From: the human T2T-CHM13v2.0 reference genome, Homo sapiens
NCBI RefSeq assembly: GCF_009914755.1
Contig: NC_060930.1
Length of the DNA stretch: 64,000 nucleotides
Direction: 5' to 3' (one strand)
The notes beneath the pieces are model-generated. The model ran no database searches and had not been told where the DNA came from. It saw only the letters and a list, made by a program, of their open reading frames with translations. A program made the position numbers and the translations under genes. Below, piece after piece: positions 13,636 through 25,514 of the stretch (the first letter of the stretch is position 1; the number at the start of each line of letters is the position of its first letter).

Positions 13636-15794
13636 ATTTTGTCATTTTTGGCTACCCACATCCAAGACTCTATTTTGAAGGAATTTTAAAATAAGAGCCT
13701 TGTTTCCTACTGTTGAGTCTCACATTGGGGCAGATATTTCCAATCCTTGTCCTCAGCCATTTGCCAGGTTAAAGTCTATGACTTCGGCTTGATCAGTTGG
13801 ATTCTCATATCTAGAACTTAGAGAATTTCGAAGGCAGTTATGCAGAATGCATGGGAATTGAAAACTTGGGGCATGTTTGTGACAGCAGTAGTGGCATTTT
13901 TATAAACTAGAATATTCTTATGGTATTATTTGCTTGTGACATCAGCTTGCTTTGGTAGGATTTGTTTCTTGACTTTGGGTTTCAAGGCTGAAGTCGATTT
14001 TGTGAGCTTCCTGGTACCCTCCCCAAAAATGCCATTTTCTCCATAGATATTTCATTTCTGCAGTTTGTAACTAAGAAGCTTGGTGATTCAGTATCATCTC
14101 TGTACCCCCTGTAATCTCATTATTCACTCAAAACATTTATTGAGGACTTCCTCTGTATTGGAAAAAAAGCTGCAGTATATGATGTTGCTCCTCCTTAACA
14201 AATTCAGAGAGGTTGAATTTGGGTGTTTTTGCAAGTCAGAATCAAGAGATTGTTTATCTATAAACACACACTTCTGGAGAAAATAAAGTCATGTTAAGCT
14301 AAACAAAAAATTTTGTCTGTTGATGTTTTTTAAGTTTTTTGAATTCAGTAATTTTGTTTCACAATCATTTTGCATGTAGGAAAAGCAAATTAGCAGGTAT
14401 TATCCAGGTGTAATAACTGCAATTTCTGGTTTTGATTGAATTTCTGTGGAGACTCCCTGTCAAATTGGCATTGGATTATTCTTATGGCTAGAAGAGTCTG
14501 TCAATTTACAGTGGCTTCTGCTGACACAATGCATCAGCTTAAGACTCTTTCCCTTTTATCTGACTCAAACCCAACTTCTCAACTACTGAAAGGAAACCTC
14601 AGGTTTTATGTGAAAAAGTGATATTAATTTATCCATTATGCATCCTCTACTTTTTGCTCATAAAGATCACTTCCTTTAGAGTTTTTGTGGTCCATTTAAT
14701 GCTTCCCTGTACAGTTATTATAAAGTAGATTTTATCCATGTTCAAATATTTGAATGAAAGAAGTCAACACAATGGTTGACTTGCTCTGGTTCCCACAGTC
14801 TGTAGAACTGACTCTAATCACAGGGTGAAAATTATACCAGTGATCAATTTGATTATAATTTTTTGGTGGTAGGATTATGGATAATAATAAATGTGATTCT
14901 TATATTTTTATATTTTCAAATTTTCTTAAACTTAGATGCATTATTTTTATATTAATGAAGACATAAACATTTAAAAACATTGATATATTAGAGGAACCAG
15001 TAGGGATATAAAAAGAAGCTAAAATTTTTGCAAACTCTAACTCAAAAGGACGTTTTATTTCTCATTGGTGATAAAAATGAAAGGCCTTGGAACTAAAATC
15101 ATGAAGTCACATAAAAATACTTAAAGATCTTTATGTGCCTTCTTTAGCCCAGGGATGTGCCTAACTTTGAAACAGCTCCATGGCTTGCAGTACACCTTAA
15201 TTCATCATCTATTTAACAGTGTACCTATTATACCTGTAGACAAACACAGGAAGTTACTCTTTAATATTTAGGCTTGTGAATACATAACATATTGTGTTTC
15301 TTGAACTGGGAGAAAACAGATTGTTTTAAGTTAATGAGTACATTTATGGCAGACCCCTTTAGATGTAAGTCACCATGTGACTGAATCATCATTAATACAA
15401 CAATGGATGATAATGGCTGTTATTTAGACGAATGGAATATCAGCAAAATAGATGGCATTTTTTTTTTTTATTTTAAGCAAATAAATCTCTATATCTGGCT
15501 TTTAGCTAGTATGAAAGAGAGAGTCAACTACTTGGAAAAGAAATACAAGGGCCACGTGAAATAGTGAAATGTTTCTGGACAATTTGTAAGTTGAATAAGA
15601 ATCAGGGAGCACAGATTTACTAAACAAAAACTGCTCTTGCTTATATGTACCATTGATTAATATTTTAAAAGTCCATTTGTCAGATCTATAACTAGCAAAT
15701 AGTTATTTATGAGTTTATCTTTTCCCCATCAAGGTCTACAGTTATCCTCAATTTAAGTTGAAAACGAGAGGCTAAATATATTGTTTTGTTTCCT

Positions 15795-15837
15795 AACAAC
15801 AACAACAGCAACAACAACAACAACAAAAACAACAACA
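15795..15837. repeat. Imperfect (AAC)n microsatellite
   Basis: Directly visible. Confidence 0.95.
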
Positions 15838-17906
15838 GAGAATCAGAATGGAAACATCAGAATTCTTCATCCTTTGACTGCGTCAGGTTCCTACCAAGTT
15901 TAATTTATTCAAGCTACCAGAAAACTTAAAAGTTAAAGAAAATCAAATTCATTATTTAAGAGAACTATCAAAAAGGTAAATACATTATTATTTTAAAATT
16001 ATATTGGTTTATATCTACAACCATATTGACCTTTTTGCCCAAATTGGCTGATTAATTTAAACAAACCAGTAATTTACTCAGAATTTAATCTGCTGAACTC
16101 AATTTACTAAACCAGTTGAAAAGATCAACATAATTATAATCTGTGACTCACTGTTTTTACCCACAAACCCAGCTAACAGAGAGATAGCAGCATTGGGAGG
16201 CAGGGATTACGGGAGAAGAAATTGCTTTCAGTAACATGTAAGAAAGAAAGAAAGAAAAGAAAGATAAAAAGAGAGGAAAAAAAAAAGAAAGAGAGGGAGA
16301 AAAGAGGAAGGAAAACCAGCTGTTGTGGGTTAAATTGTGCCTCTGTATCCACCCCTTAAGGTAGGTTATTTTAAAGTTGAGAAAGTTTAACTTAAAATTA
16401 AGGAAATTTGGGTGATACGTATGCATTTTCCAGAAAAGATATTCAGTCTTTTGGGAAAAGTAAATAACTTAGGAAATGTTCAAGTATAGAAAGGTTATGC
16501 AAAAATACACAATGTTTGGCATGGATTGTATGAGAAATCTTTCCTCCTTTTCATATTTCCTTCCTGTGGGATTTATATGCCATCATCCTACAAGAAGAGA
16601 ACTGTTGTATGTTCCTTTTATCAAAAAATTTGGAAACATCAATACGATGATAATGATGGGGTAAGAAACCAGGAAGAAGATAGACATGATCAATAAGAAG
16701 GTAGAGACACTAAGTGCACACTCTTTTAAATGGCAATGAAAATAAAGAGAATAATGGAATATTAGAATCTTAGCATATTTGTAGGAGGAGAGGAAAATTT
16801 TCCAAAAGGAAGATACTGAGAGTAGGAGCTGCTGGGGTGCTTATTGATGGCTTATAGTCCTAATGTGATCAAGAGATAAAGGTAGAGAATAATCTTTGAA
16901 AAGGTGCAAGACAGTGGTCTATTACTCAAAGTAAGCAAGGCAGGAGAAAGAGATGAATTAAGTTATTAAAACATTTGAAGCTGCAGAAAAAAAAGAGACG
17001 GTTTAAAACCTTAGTTTCATGGTTGTTTTTAAACTTTTGAACACATGATAATTTAATCTTCTGAAAGCTGATATTCTGTCAAGGTGGGGGACTTGAGAGG
17101 AAAGGCAAGGTGACTTTTGGATAATGCCACATAATATTCACAGACAAAACAGTAGTGTTCTTTTACTATTCTGGATGATATCAAATGTTGGGACAAGGCT
17201 TTTTTTGGTATTGCTTGACTCCTGGATGTGTGTGAAATCAATGAAGAGTTACACATCCTCCTCCAAAAAGGCCTTTTTTCAAGGCTTTGTTAGTGATCTG
17301 CAGCATACAGTCCGTTGGAGACTGCCATCACTTACGGTCAAGTTGTCTTTCAACTGATGAACTGTTTGCCATCTTACATGTATCTGCTGTACTCTGAACT
17401 GATATAGCAGCTTGAGAACTCCAAACCTTACAGAAACACATAAATGTATTGCATAATACATTATATACTGGATAAATTATGAACACTCCTGAAAAATGCC
17501 ACTCTCTTAACTTACTCCAGACTTCCCTCTCTCAGGAATAGTTGTTTATTCTTCACATTCCAACCATGTTCTATTCTCTTAAATACTGTTTTTCCCCTTT
17601 ACAAGTCTTGTGTTCAGCAACTTCTGCTCCTTAACACTTTAAGCCAAAAATTATTAAGTATTATAATGAGCTCCTCAAAATCTAGATCTTCTCTACCTAG
17701 TCAAATCATTATACATACCTTAAGTATGCTCTTCACAATTAAGCTAGGCCAGAGTCACTTCTTTTTTCCGGTGACTTTTGTTTTGGATTTAAATCTTTAC
17801 TTGTACTGTCTAAGAGGGCCATCACTGTCCTCTCAAAAAACTATCTTCCATCTATTTATCATTGTCCCCACTCAATTTTTCTCCTCTGCAACAGCTTTCC
17901 TAATTA

Positions 17907-18174
17907 CAGTCTGTTCTCTGTATCTGTGGGCTTGGCATTTGTGGATTTGAAAATATTAAGAAAAAATTCCATGTTGAATCTATGCAAATGAAATGAAGTG
18001 TAGGCATTGTATTAGATATTACAAGCACTCTAGCAATCATTTAAAGTTTATGGGAGGATGTGCATACGTTAATTACAAATACTAGGTTATTTTACATAAG
18101 AACTTGAGCATCTGCAAATTTTGGTGCCTGCATGGGTCCTGGAACAAATCCCCATAGCCACCAAGGGATGGCTG
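17907..18174 (-). mobile_element. MER2-like TcMar-Tigger MITE
   Basis: Ends cagtctgttctctgtatctgtggg...ccatagccaccaagggatggctg; internal tttaaagtttatgggaggatgtgcata. Confidence 0.75.
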
Positions 18175-18487
18175 TGCTTCATTCCCCATCCCCTTCAATG
18201 ACTTACTACACCCTTACCCCTTTTATATTTTCCTTCAATTTTAACATTTAATCATAATAATCATAATCACTTGATATAGTTAATTATTTTGTGTATATAT
18301 ATAGTGTTCCAACTCAGTTTAAAGCCTTTGAGAGGCAGAATATGTGCTAAGCATTTATCTTGCTCACGTTGAACTAGATAATAAGTATAGCATTCCAAGG
18401 AATGCTAAAACATTTTTGCATTTCTCAGCACTATTGCTTACACCAATCCAGACACAGGTGGGAAAATTTGTAAAATTAGGCTAGGCC

Positions 18488-18664
18488 AGAGATTTTTTAA
18501 CCTTTTTTGTGTCATAAAGCCTTTTGAGAATCTAATGAAAAGTTTAATTGCTTTTCATGAGAAATTGTCAAACATTCATATCTGCAGTATTTTGCATGCA
18601 CTGTCAAAGGATTCATGAATCTTTCAGAGTAACCTTCCCATGAACTTCAGCATAAAAACCTCTG
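18488..18664 (+). mobile_element. hAT-Charlie MITE (Charlie4z-like)
   Basis: TIRs cagagattttttaacc...cataaaaacctctg; about 175 bp; same family of ends as 6785-7267. Confidence 0.6.
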
Positions 18665-18698
18665 AAACAGAGCATAAGTTCTTGACTTAATAATCTTC

Positions 18699-18766
18699 AC
18701 AATTTTATCTATATTTTGTCTATTCAGATATGACAATTTTCTCTATATTTTATCTATTCAGATATG
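18699..18766. repeat. 34-bp tandem duplication (2 copies, 2 mismatches)
   Basis: acaattttatctatattttgtctattcagatatg / acaattttctctatattttatctattcagatatg. Confidence 0.9.
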
Positions 18767-18999
18767 AATCATAGAACTTGCTTTGATGCAAGATTGTCTC
18801 AGATCTAGTTTTCAGAGACTTTTAAATACCACTCATGAATAATTATTTAATAACATTGATTATGAAAAACACTTCTCCTTGTAGGAACGCTACAGACTGT
18901 AGATGCCTTGGGACATTGCCCATTCATAAAAGGTTGCCTGAGGAAACTGTTTTTCAAGGTGAAGTGACAACCAGTGCCATGTGAGATTAAAGTTTAAGA

Positions 19000-19255
19000 A
19001 TAATATGATAATTTATTGAGCATTTATAACTCTGTTAGCTGATAAGCACTTTTCCTGTATTCTTTCACTGAATCCTCCCAAACACTTGATATAATAGGCA
19101 TTATTTTACTCTTTTCTTAAATAAAGAAACTCAAGGCCCAAGAAACTAAGGAACTTGACCTAAGTCACAGTGCTAGTAAACGTTGGAATTAGAATTTGAG
19201 CTCATTGAATAGTCTCTGGAGCCTCTTCCCATAATCATGATGCTATATTACCACT
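19000..19255 (-). mobile_element. MIR
   Basis: atttattgagcattta...aaactcaaggcccaagaaactaaggaacttgacctaagtcacag. Confidence 0.75.
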
Positions 19256-20010
19256 CTGATTTTGAATGACTCCACACTCAGAGAACATGTCTTTGGACAG
19301 AAAGTGCACTTTCCTTTACGCACCCCTTTCCTTTTGACCATCTTTTATTCTGGAACCAAATATACAGGAAATTTTGGCATAACCATTGTATCTTGAGTAC
19401 CATGAAATGCAATTCTATTTGTTTAGGCAGAAGACATTTTTTCCTTAATCCAGCTCTAGCTACAATCGTTTACAGCCCTCAACTTAATCAATATTTATAG
19501 AATAGCACTGTTATTCCTATACTCAAACAGTTTTTTGCCATTGTGAAAGAAGGAAGAAGACCAGCAACTTATCTCAGGACTCTTGAAAGTTTGTCAGTGC
19601 CCTTTAGTACCAAGTATACCTTTCATTTTAAAAGCGCTTTGTAGTTTTCCTTTTCTCTTGTGCAATTCTGTGCAGGGAATTTTACTGACTCTTATTTCAA
19701 AAAGGAAAAAGGTAATGGGTAATTGAAAGGGCAAAGACTTCTGGCTCTAAATTTAGCATTCTCTGTATTTTATTCAGTATTACCATTCTTGCAGGCTTTG
19801 AAAGTTATGAGATAGTCCCAAGCTCTTGATAGAGTAAAGCAGTAGGTAAATAGCTGTCTTTAAATATATTATAAGATTTTGAGATATTCAGTGAGTTATT
19901 TCCGTGCCCAGCTTTGGTTTTAAAATTAACAGCCATTAAGTCTTCAAAAAAAATAAGTTTAGGTCATCATGATTCAATACATTTTTAGATAACCTATTCT
20001 CTAAAAGTAA

Positions 20011-20282
20011 TCTTCCTTCTTTTCTTCTTTCCTCCCTTCCTTCCTTCCTTCTTCCTTCTTCCTTCTTCCCTCCCTCCCTCCCTTCCCTTCCCTTCCCTTC
20101 TCCCCTCCCCTCCCCTCCCCTCCGCTCCCCTTCCCTTCCCTTCTCTTCTCCTCTCTTCCCTTCTTTTTTCTCTTTTCTTTTCCTTTCCTTTCCTTTCTTT
20201 TTTCTTTTCTATCTTTCTTTCTTCTTTCTCTCTCTCTGTCTATTTTCACCACATTCAATTCCTTTCTTCTTCTTTTTCTTTT
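20011..20282. repeat. Polypyrimidine low-complexity tract (CTTC/CCCTT/CTTTT)n
   Basis: Directly visible. Confidence 0.95.
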
Positions 20283-20660
20283 GTAGTGAGAATACTTAAG
20301 GTCTACCCTATTAGCAAAATTCAAGCATACAACACAGCATGGTTGATTATAGTTACCATGCTATATATTAGATCTCCAGAACTTACTCATTTTGCTTAAC
20401 TGATACTTTGTACCTTAAAACAACATCTCCCAGATTTTTCCTCCTTCTCTCCCTTGGCAACTACCATTCTACTCTCTGCTTTTATGGCATTGACTATTGT
20501 AGATTCCACATGTAAGTGAAATTATCCAGTATTTCTCTTTCTGTGTCTGGCTTTTTTCATTTAACATAATGTCCTCCACATTGATCCATGTTGTCACAAA
20601 TGGCAGGATTACCTTAAACCGAATGATATTCCATTGGGTTTATATTCCACATTTTATAAA
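20283..20660 (-). mobile_element. L1MA 3' fragment
   Basis: gtgagaatacttaaggtctac...agatctccagaacttactcat...agattccacatgtaagtga. Confidence 0.8.
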
Positions 20661-21529
20661 ACTGACAATTTTAAATTATCAAGTAAGTAAATAAGAACAT
20701 CATTGCTAGAAAGGAGGCAGAAAGCCAGGGATGTAAAATTACTCCTTTCAGGTAGAATTTCTGAATACTTGGTTTAAAATCTAGTACTAAAGTATAGTAC
20801 TAGATTTAAATCTATACTTTACTACTAGATTTAACTAGTTTCATAGTACTCTGTATACATATGTGTGTGTGTTGCATATATTTTGTGTATATATAGGCCA
20901 TATGTATTTTGCTTGCTATTTTAAAATATCAATTTGTACATTTTCATCCTTTCTTTCTTGACAGCTTTCTTCTTCTTTCTCTTCACAGATTAATAAAGTA
21001 TGCTGTAAAAATTAGGAGATGACAAGACATTTATAGGGGCTTCCCACACATTCAGGGGGCTTTGTGAAGAGACAGTTTCAATCTGTTTTTCTGTGTTATA
21101 TTCATAGATCCTGCCTGTTGCATGGAGTAATGAAGAACAGAGAACACACATAGCAGCAGATGGAGTAGAGACATCCTTAAAAGAGGGGGAAAAACCCGGT
21201 TTTTAACAATTGCAATTATTTTGCACCTCTCCCAGAGTGACTGGTTTGTCATCTCCCAGGAACAAGCAGCGACAATAGCCTTCCTCCTTGCAGAGCCTCT
21301 GTCACTCAGTTTAACCCCACAAATGACCTCACAAACAACTCATCTCATTATTCTTCTCTAATGAGAAGTACACTGATGATGATGATCATCATCATCATTT
21401 TGATGTCAGTCTAGTACTTACCTCTTCTTAGATACAAACACTAAAAGTAATAATCCTTCACAACTTATAACTTTTTTTTCAGCATTTGAGTCTCACGATC
21501 TTATTAAACTATTATCTCAGTTTTGCTAA

Positions 21530-21708
21530 GTACGGTGTTTCCCAAAGTATGATCTATAGAGAACCTACATCAGCAACATTTGGGATGCTCGTTAAAGTAC
21601 AGATTCCTAGATCTTACATAATTAACATTTCTGAAGATGACAAACATGAATTTTAAACAAATTCCTCACATAATCTTTATTCATACTCACGATTGATAGC
21701 TACTAGAA
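21530..21708. mobile_element. MER5-like hAT-Charlie element
   Basis: ggtgtttcccaaagtatgatc...catcagcaacatttgggatgctcgttaaagtacagattcct. Confidence 0.6.
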
Positions 21709-22116
21709 CAGTACATTCAGATCTCAATGTGCTTACATCCTCCCATGGCTTCTCCCTCAACCATGAGAATAAATTTATTATATGTAATTTGCAGCGATAA
21801 ATCCACAATACACCTGGGTATGTTTTGGATTGTTAGAAGTTCTGAAGCACACTCTTTCTCATCTAGGTTTTGTTTTCTTAATTTAATTTGTTTTCCAAGT
21901 CAATATATTTTTCCTAACTAAATTTCTTGAACTTTAGCCATGTGCTAGAAAGTTTTTTGAAATAAATTGTATTCTCCATTCTGGCAAACAATGGCACTGT
22001 ATTTCTGTGTTTCTGGAAGAAGACAGAAAATTATTTGAGGGACTATTTTCTCTATTCTCTTATCTTAGATGCATAAAAGTGAGGTTACTTTATTATGTAT
22101 GATGAATGCCTTAAGG

Positions 22117-22330
22117 CAGCGGTTTTCAAACTTTTTGGTTTCAGAACCTTTTTATACTTTTAAAAATTAGTGAGGATTCAAAGAGCTTTAGCTTACATGG
22201 CTTACAGCCATCAATATTTACCCTATTAGAGCTTAAAATAATTCTATTACCTATTTCCATATTGTAAAACTCATTAAAATTTATGTTATTCTCAGAACAG
22301 ATCAGAAAGACCGATGTCATATGTGTGCAC
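22117..22330. mobile_element. Charlie1-like transposon end fragment
   Basis: cagcggttttcaaactttttggtttcagaacctttttatactttt. Confidence 0.55.
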
Positions 22331-24064
22331 ATATATATTATATATATTTATATATATAATTGTTTCTTAGCTGCTGATAAATTTGTGATCTAAAAATTGT
22401 GTCATGTTCATCTTTGCAATTCTTATAAAATATGCACTCAATGAATATTTGCTAAGCTGAATTGAAACAGCTGAAATAACAGTAAACTGGTTGAAAAAGA
22501 AATTACTTCCTCTAAAAATTGTAGTTGCCTACACTTCCTGCTTAAATTTAAAAAAATACATCTAGTGGCATACTATTGGAGAGAAGATTTTAAACATCAT
22601 TCAGATCACAGGCTAATACATTATCTTCTGTTGACAGCACTGAAGACTTGCTCTAAAGAGTCTTCAAATGCTCAACAGCAAAGAGATAGATTATGTATAA
22701 AGCAGAATCTTCCTTTATGATCTTTGACATTTTTGAAAAATTAATGACAAGTATACTATCAATGTGTAACTTTCAACTATCAATTTGCTATCAACGTGCA
22801 ATTTTATCCTCCTTAAGCCCGTATGCCAATGAAGATGAATATCAGTTCTAAATGTGCAGCAGATAGATGGGTATAATTAGAAAAGTTCTGAACTGGAACA
22901 TTTAGATTTGAGTTTCAGCACCAATACTATCTGGCTGTGTGATATTTTAGAGTCAGCAACCCTGAACTTTAAATTTTTATCTTTCCAATTAAGAGGTTGA
23001 ATTATTATAATTCTGAAACAAGGTTGTGGTAAAATGTCAAAAACTGGAGACTATCTCTAGCAGGTTATTTTAATTTTAGGAATTATCAAAAAGTCTCAAG
23101 AGGACACCCTAAATACTCTCCTCACATTCCTATGATACTATTTCCCTGAATACAGTTAGAACTTTTATTGGGTTAAAATGATAAGCCCTTTACTTTTAGC
23201 TGTATAGCAAAATATTTTTACATGCACAATTTTTGGAGGCAACAGCAGGAAATTTATAAACATTTCTCTTTGTTGAACAGTTTTTACCCTCTAGATCAGG
23301 AGAAAAGGCAAATATTGTCCAGATTGTATTTTAAACATGTTCATTCTTAACTAAATTTGATAGTGTGGGCATTTGGGAAAGTTCTTTCCAGTATCTCAGT
23401 TCTCAAAGGACAAAAATTCTGCCCATGTTCTTTAGAAATAAAACTTTGCAAAGATAGTTTTATTTTTACTTACCAATATGTTATTTTTCACATGGTATTA
23501 ACCCATTGACAGACAATTTACATAGTAAAATAATTTACACGAAAATATAATGTTTTCTAATTTTAAATGCATAAAAATCACAGGTAACTGTTCAGAAAAG
23601 GATTATTATAATTGTCACTTGCACACCCCAACCTTCATATCTTCTTGAGTTAATGTATACCATAACTTGACTGTAAGATTTTTTACCAAAGAGGCCAAAC
23701 CTATTTGTCGCTAGATAATCTATACAACTCTTCAACATTATTATGACGTAGTATGTGTTCAATAAATATCTATGTGGTAATGATAGTAGAAAAAATGAAA
23801 TTAATGAGAGATTAGAAAACAAAAAGTCACTATCCAAAATATGTTAGAGTTAAAAAGAAAGTCTATAAAATTTAATAAAGCTAATGATAGAAATTAACAA
23901 CAAAACTTTAATATTTTTCTTATCTTCATGAATTGCCAAAAAGTACTTTTAGGTGGAAATAACTTTCTGTGCATTTGAGATTTATACAGATTCTATTTCT
24001 GTTTCTTTGTTTCTGTCACCACATGAATTATTCACAATATTTCCCAGAATGTCTATTGTCCCAC

Positions 24065-24730
24065 ATTGTCTATTGTTTCTGTCTTTATGTTCACATGTAC
24101 CCAATGTTTAGCTGCCACTTATAAGTGAAAACATGAAGTATTTGGTTTTGTTTCTGTATTAATTTGCCTTAGATAATGGCCTCTAGCTGCACCCATGTTG
24201 CTGCAAGGGACATTATTTCATTCTTTTTTTATGTCTGCATAGAATTTTATAGCACGTATGTAACACCATTGATAGACACCTGGGTTGATTCCATGTCTTT
24301 GCTATTATGATGAGTGCTGCACTAAACATATGAGTGCAGGTGTCTTTTTGGTAGAACAGTTTATTTTCCTTTAGGTATATACCCAGTAATCCCACATATA
24401 CAGAATATATACCCAGTAATGGGATTGCTGGCTGGAATGGTAATTCTATTTTTAGTTCTTTGAGAAATCTTAATCTGCTTTCCATAGTGGCTGAACTAAT
24501 TTGCATTCCCACCAACAATGTATACACTTTTCCTTTTCTCTGCAACCTCACCAACATCTGTTATTTTTAGACTTTTTAAATAAAGATCATTTTGACTGGT
24601 GTGAGATGGTTTCTCATCGTAGTTTTGATTTGCATTTCTAGAATGATTAGTAATGTTGAGCATTTTTTCATATACTTGTTGGCTGCTTGTATGTCTTTTT
24701 TTGAGAAGTGCCTGTTCATGTTCTTTGTCA
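24065..24730 (-). mobile_element. L1PB-like fragment
   Basis: Antisense L1 3' UTR/ORF2 end; ORFs 24213-24557 and 24576-24791 translate to degenerate L1 ORF2 C-terminus. Confidence 0.85.
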
Positions 24731-25115
24731 ATACAAAGACTGTAAAAAAATATCTCTGGGAAGGGTGATACAGCCAACAATTTCCCAACAATTTCTTAGG
24801 GACCTAGCAGATGTGGGACTGGAACCCTGAAGCTCCCAGGTAACTGGTTGAGACAAGGCAGATGAGAGAGCCTCTGAAAAGGAGAAGGATTTTTTTTAAG
24901 AGATGAGAGAGAGAGAGGATATAAAGTAAACTTTATTAATTTAATTGTTTTACCTACAACTATATCTGATTAGGCATTTGGAAATTTGGACGTTTCTAGA
25001 GAATTAAGTCAGCACCAAGGGTCCCGCATCTTTGGGCATTAAATCATACTGTCAGTTCTCATACAATTTCCATGGTTAGTTTCCGTTAGCTATTAAATTT
25101 AGAAAATAATATCAC

Positions 25116-25427
25116 TGCTGGGTGCAATGGCTCATGCCTGTAATCCCTACAGTTTGGAAGGCTGAGGTGGTTGTATTGCTTGAGCTCAGGAGTTCAAGAC
25201 CAGCCTGGGCACCATGGCAAGACCACATCTCTAGAAAAAATACAAAAATTAGCCAGGCGTGGTGGTGCATACCTGTAGTCCCAGGTACTTGGGAGGCTGA
25301 GGTGGGAGGATGACTTCAGCCTGGGAGGTGGAGTTTGCAGTGAGCCGAGATAGTGCTACTGGACTCCAGCCTGGGTGACACAGTGAGACCCTGCCTGGAA
25401 AAAAAAAAAAAAAGAAGAAGAAGAAAA
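25116..25427 (+). mobile_element. AluJ
   Basis: Dimeric Alu, attgcttgagctcaggagttc, A-tail. Confidence 0.92.
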
Positions 25428-25514
25428 CTACTTATATAATTACTTGATACACAATAATATACATTCAAACATTTACTACAAACATTTAAGAAAGAGCTGC
25501 TATTAAAATAGTTA

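Noticed and set aside
20001-20324. Lys/Arg/Glu-rich 107-aa ORF
   Set aside because: Translation of a purine-only simple repeat, which cannot contain stop codons.
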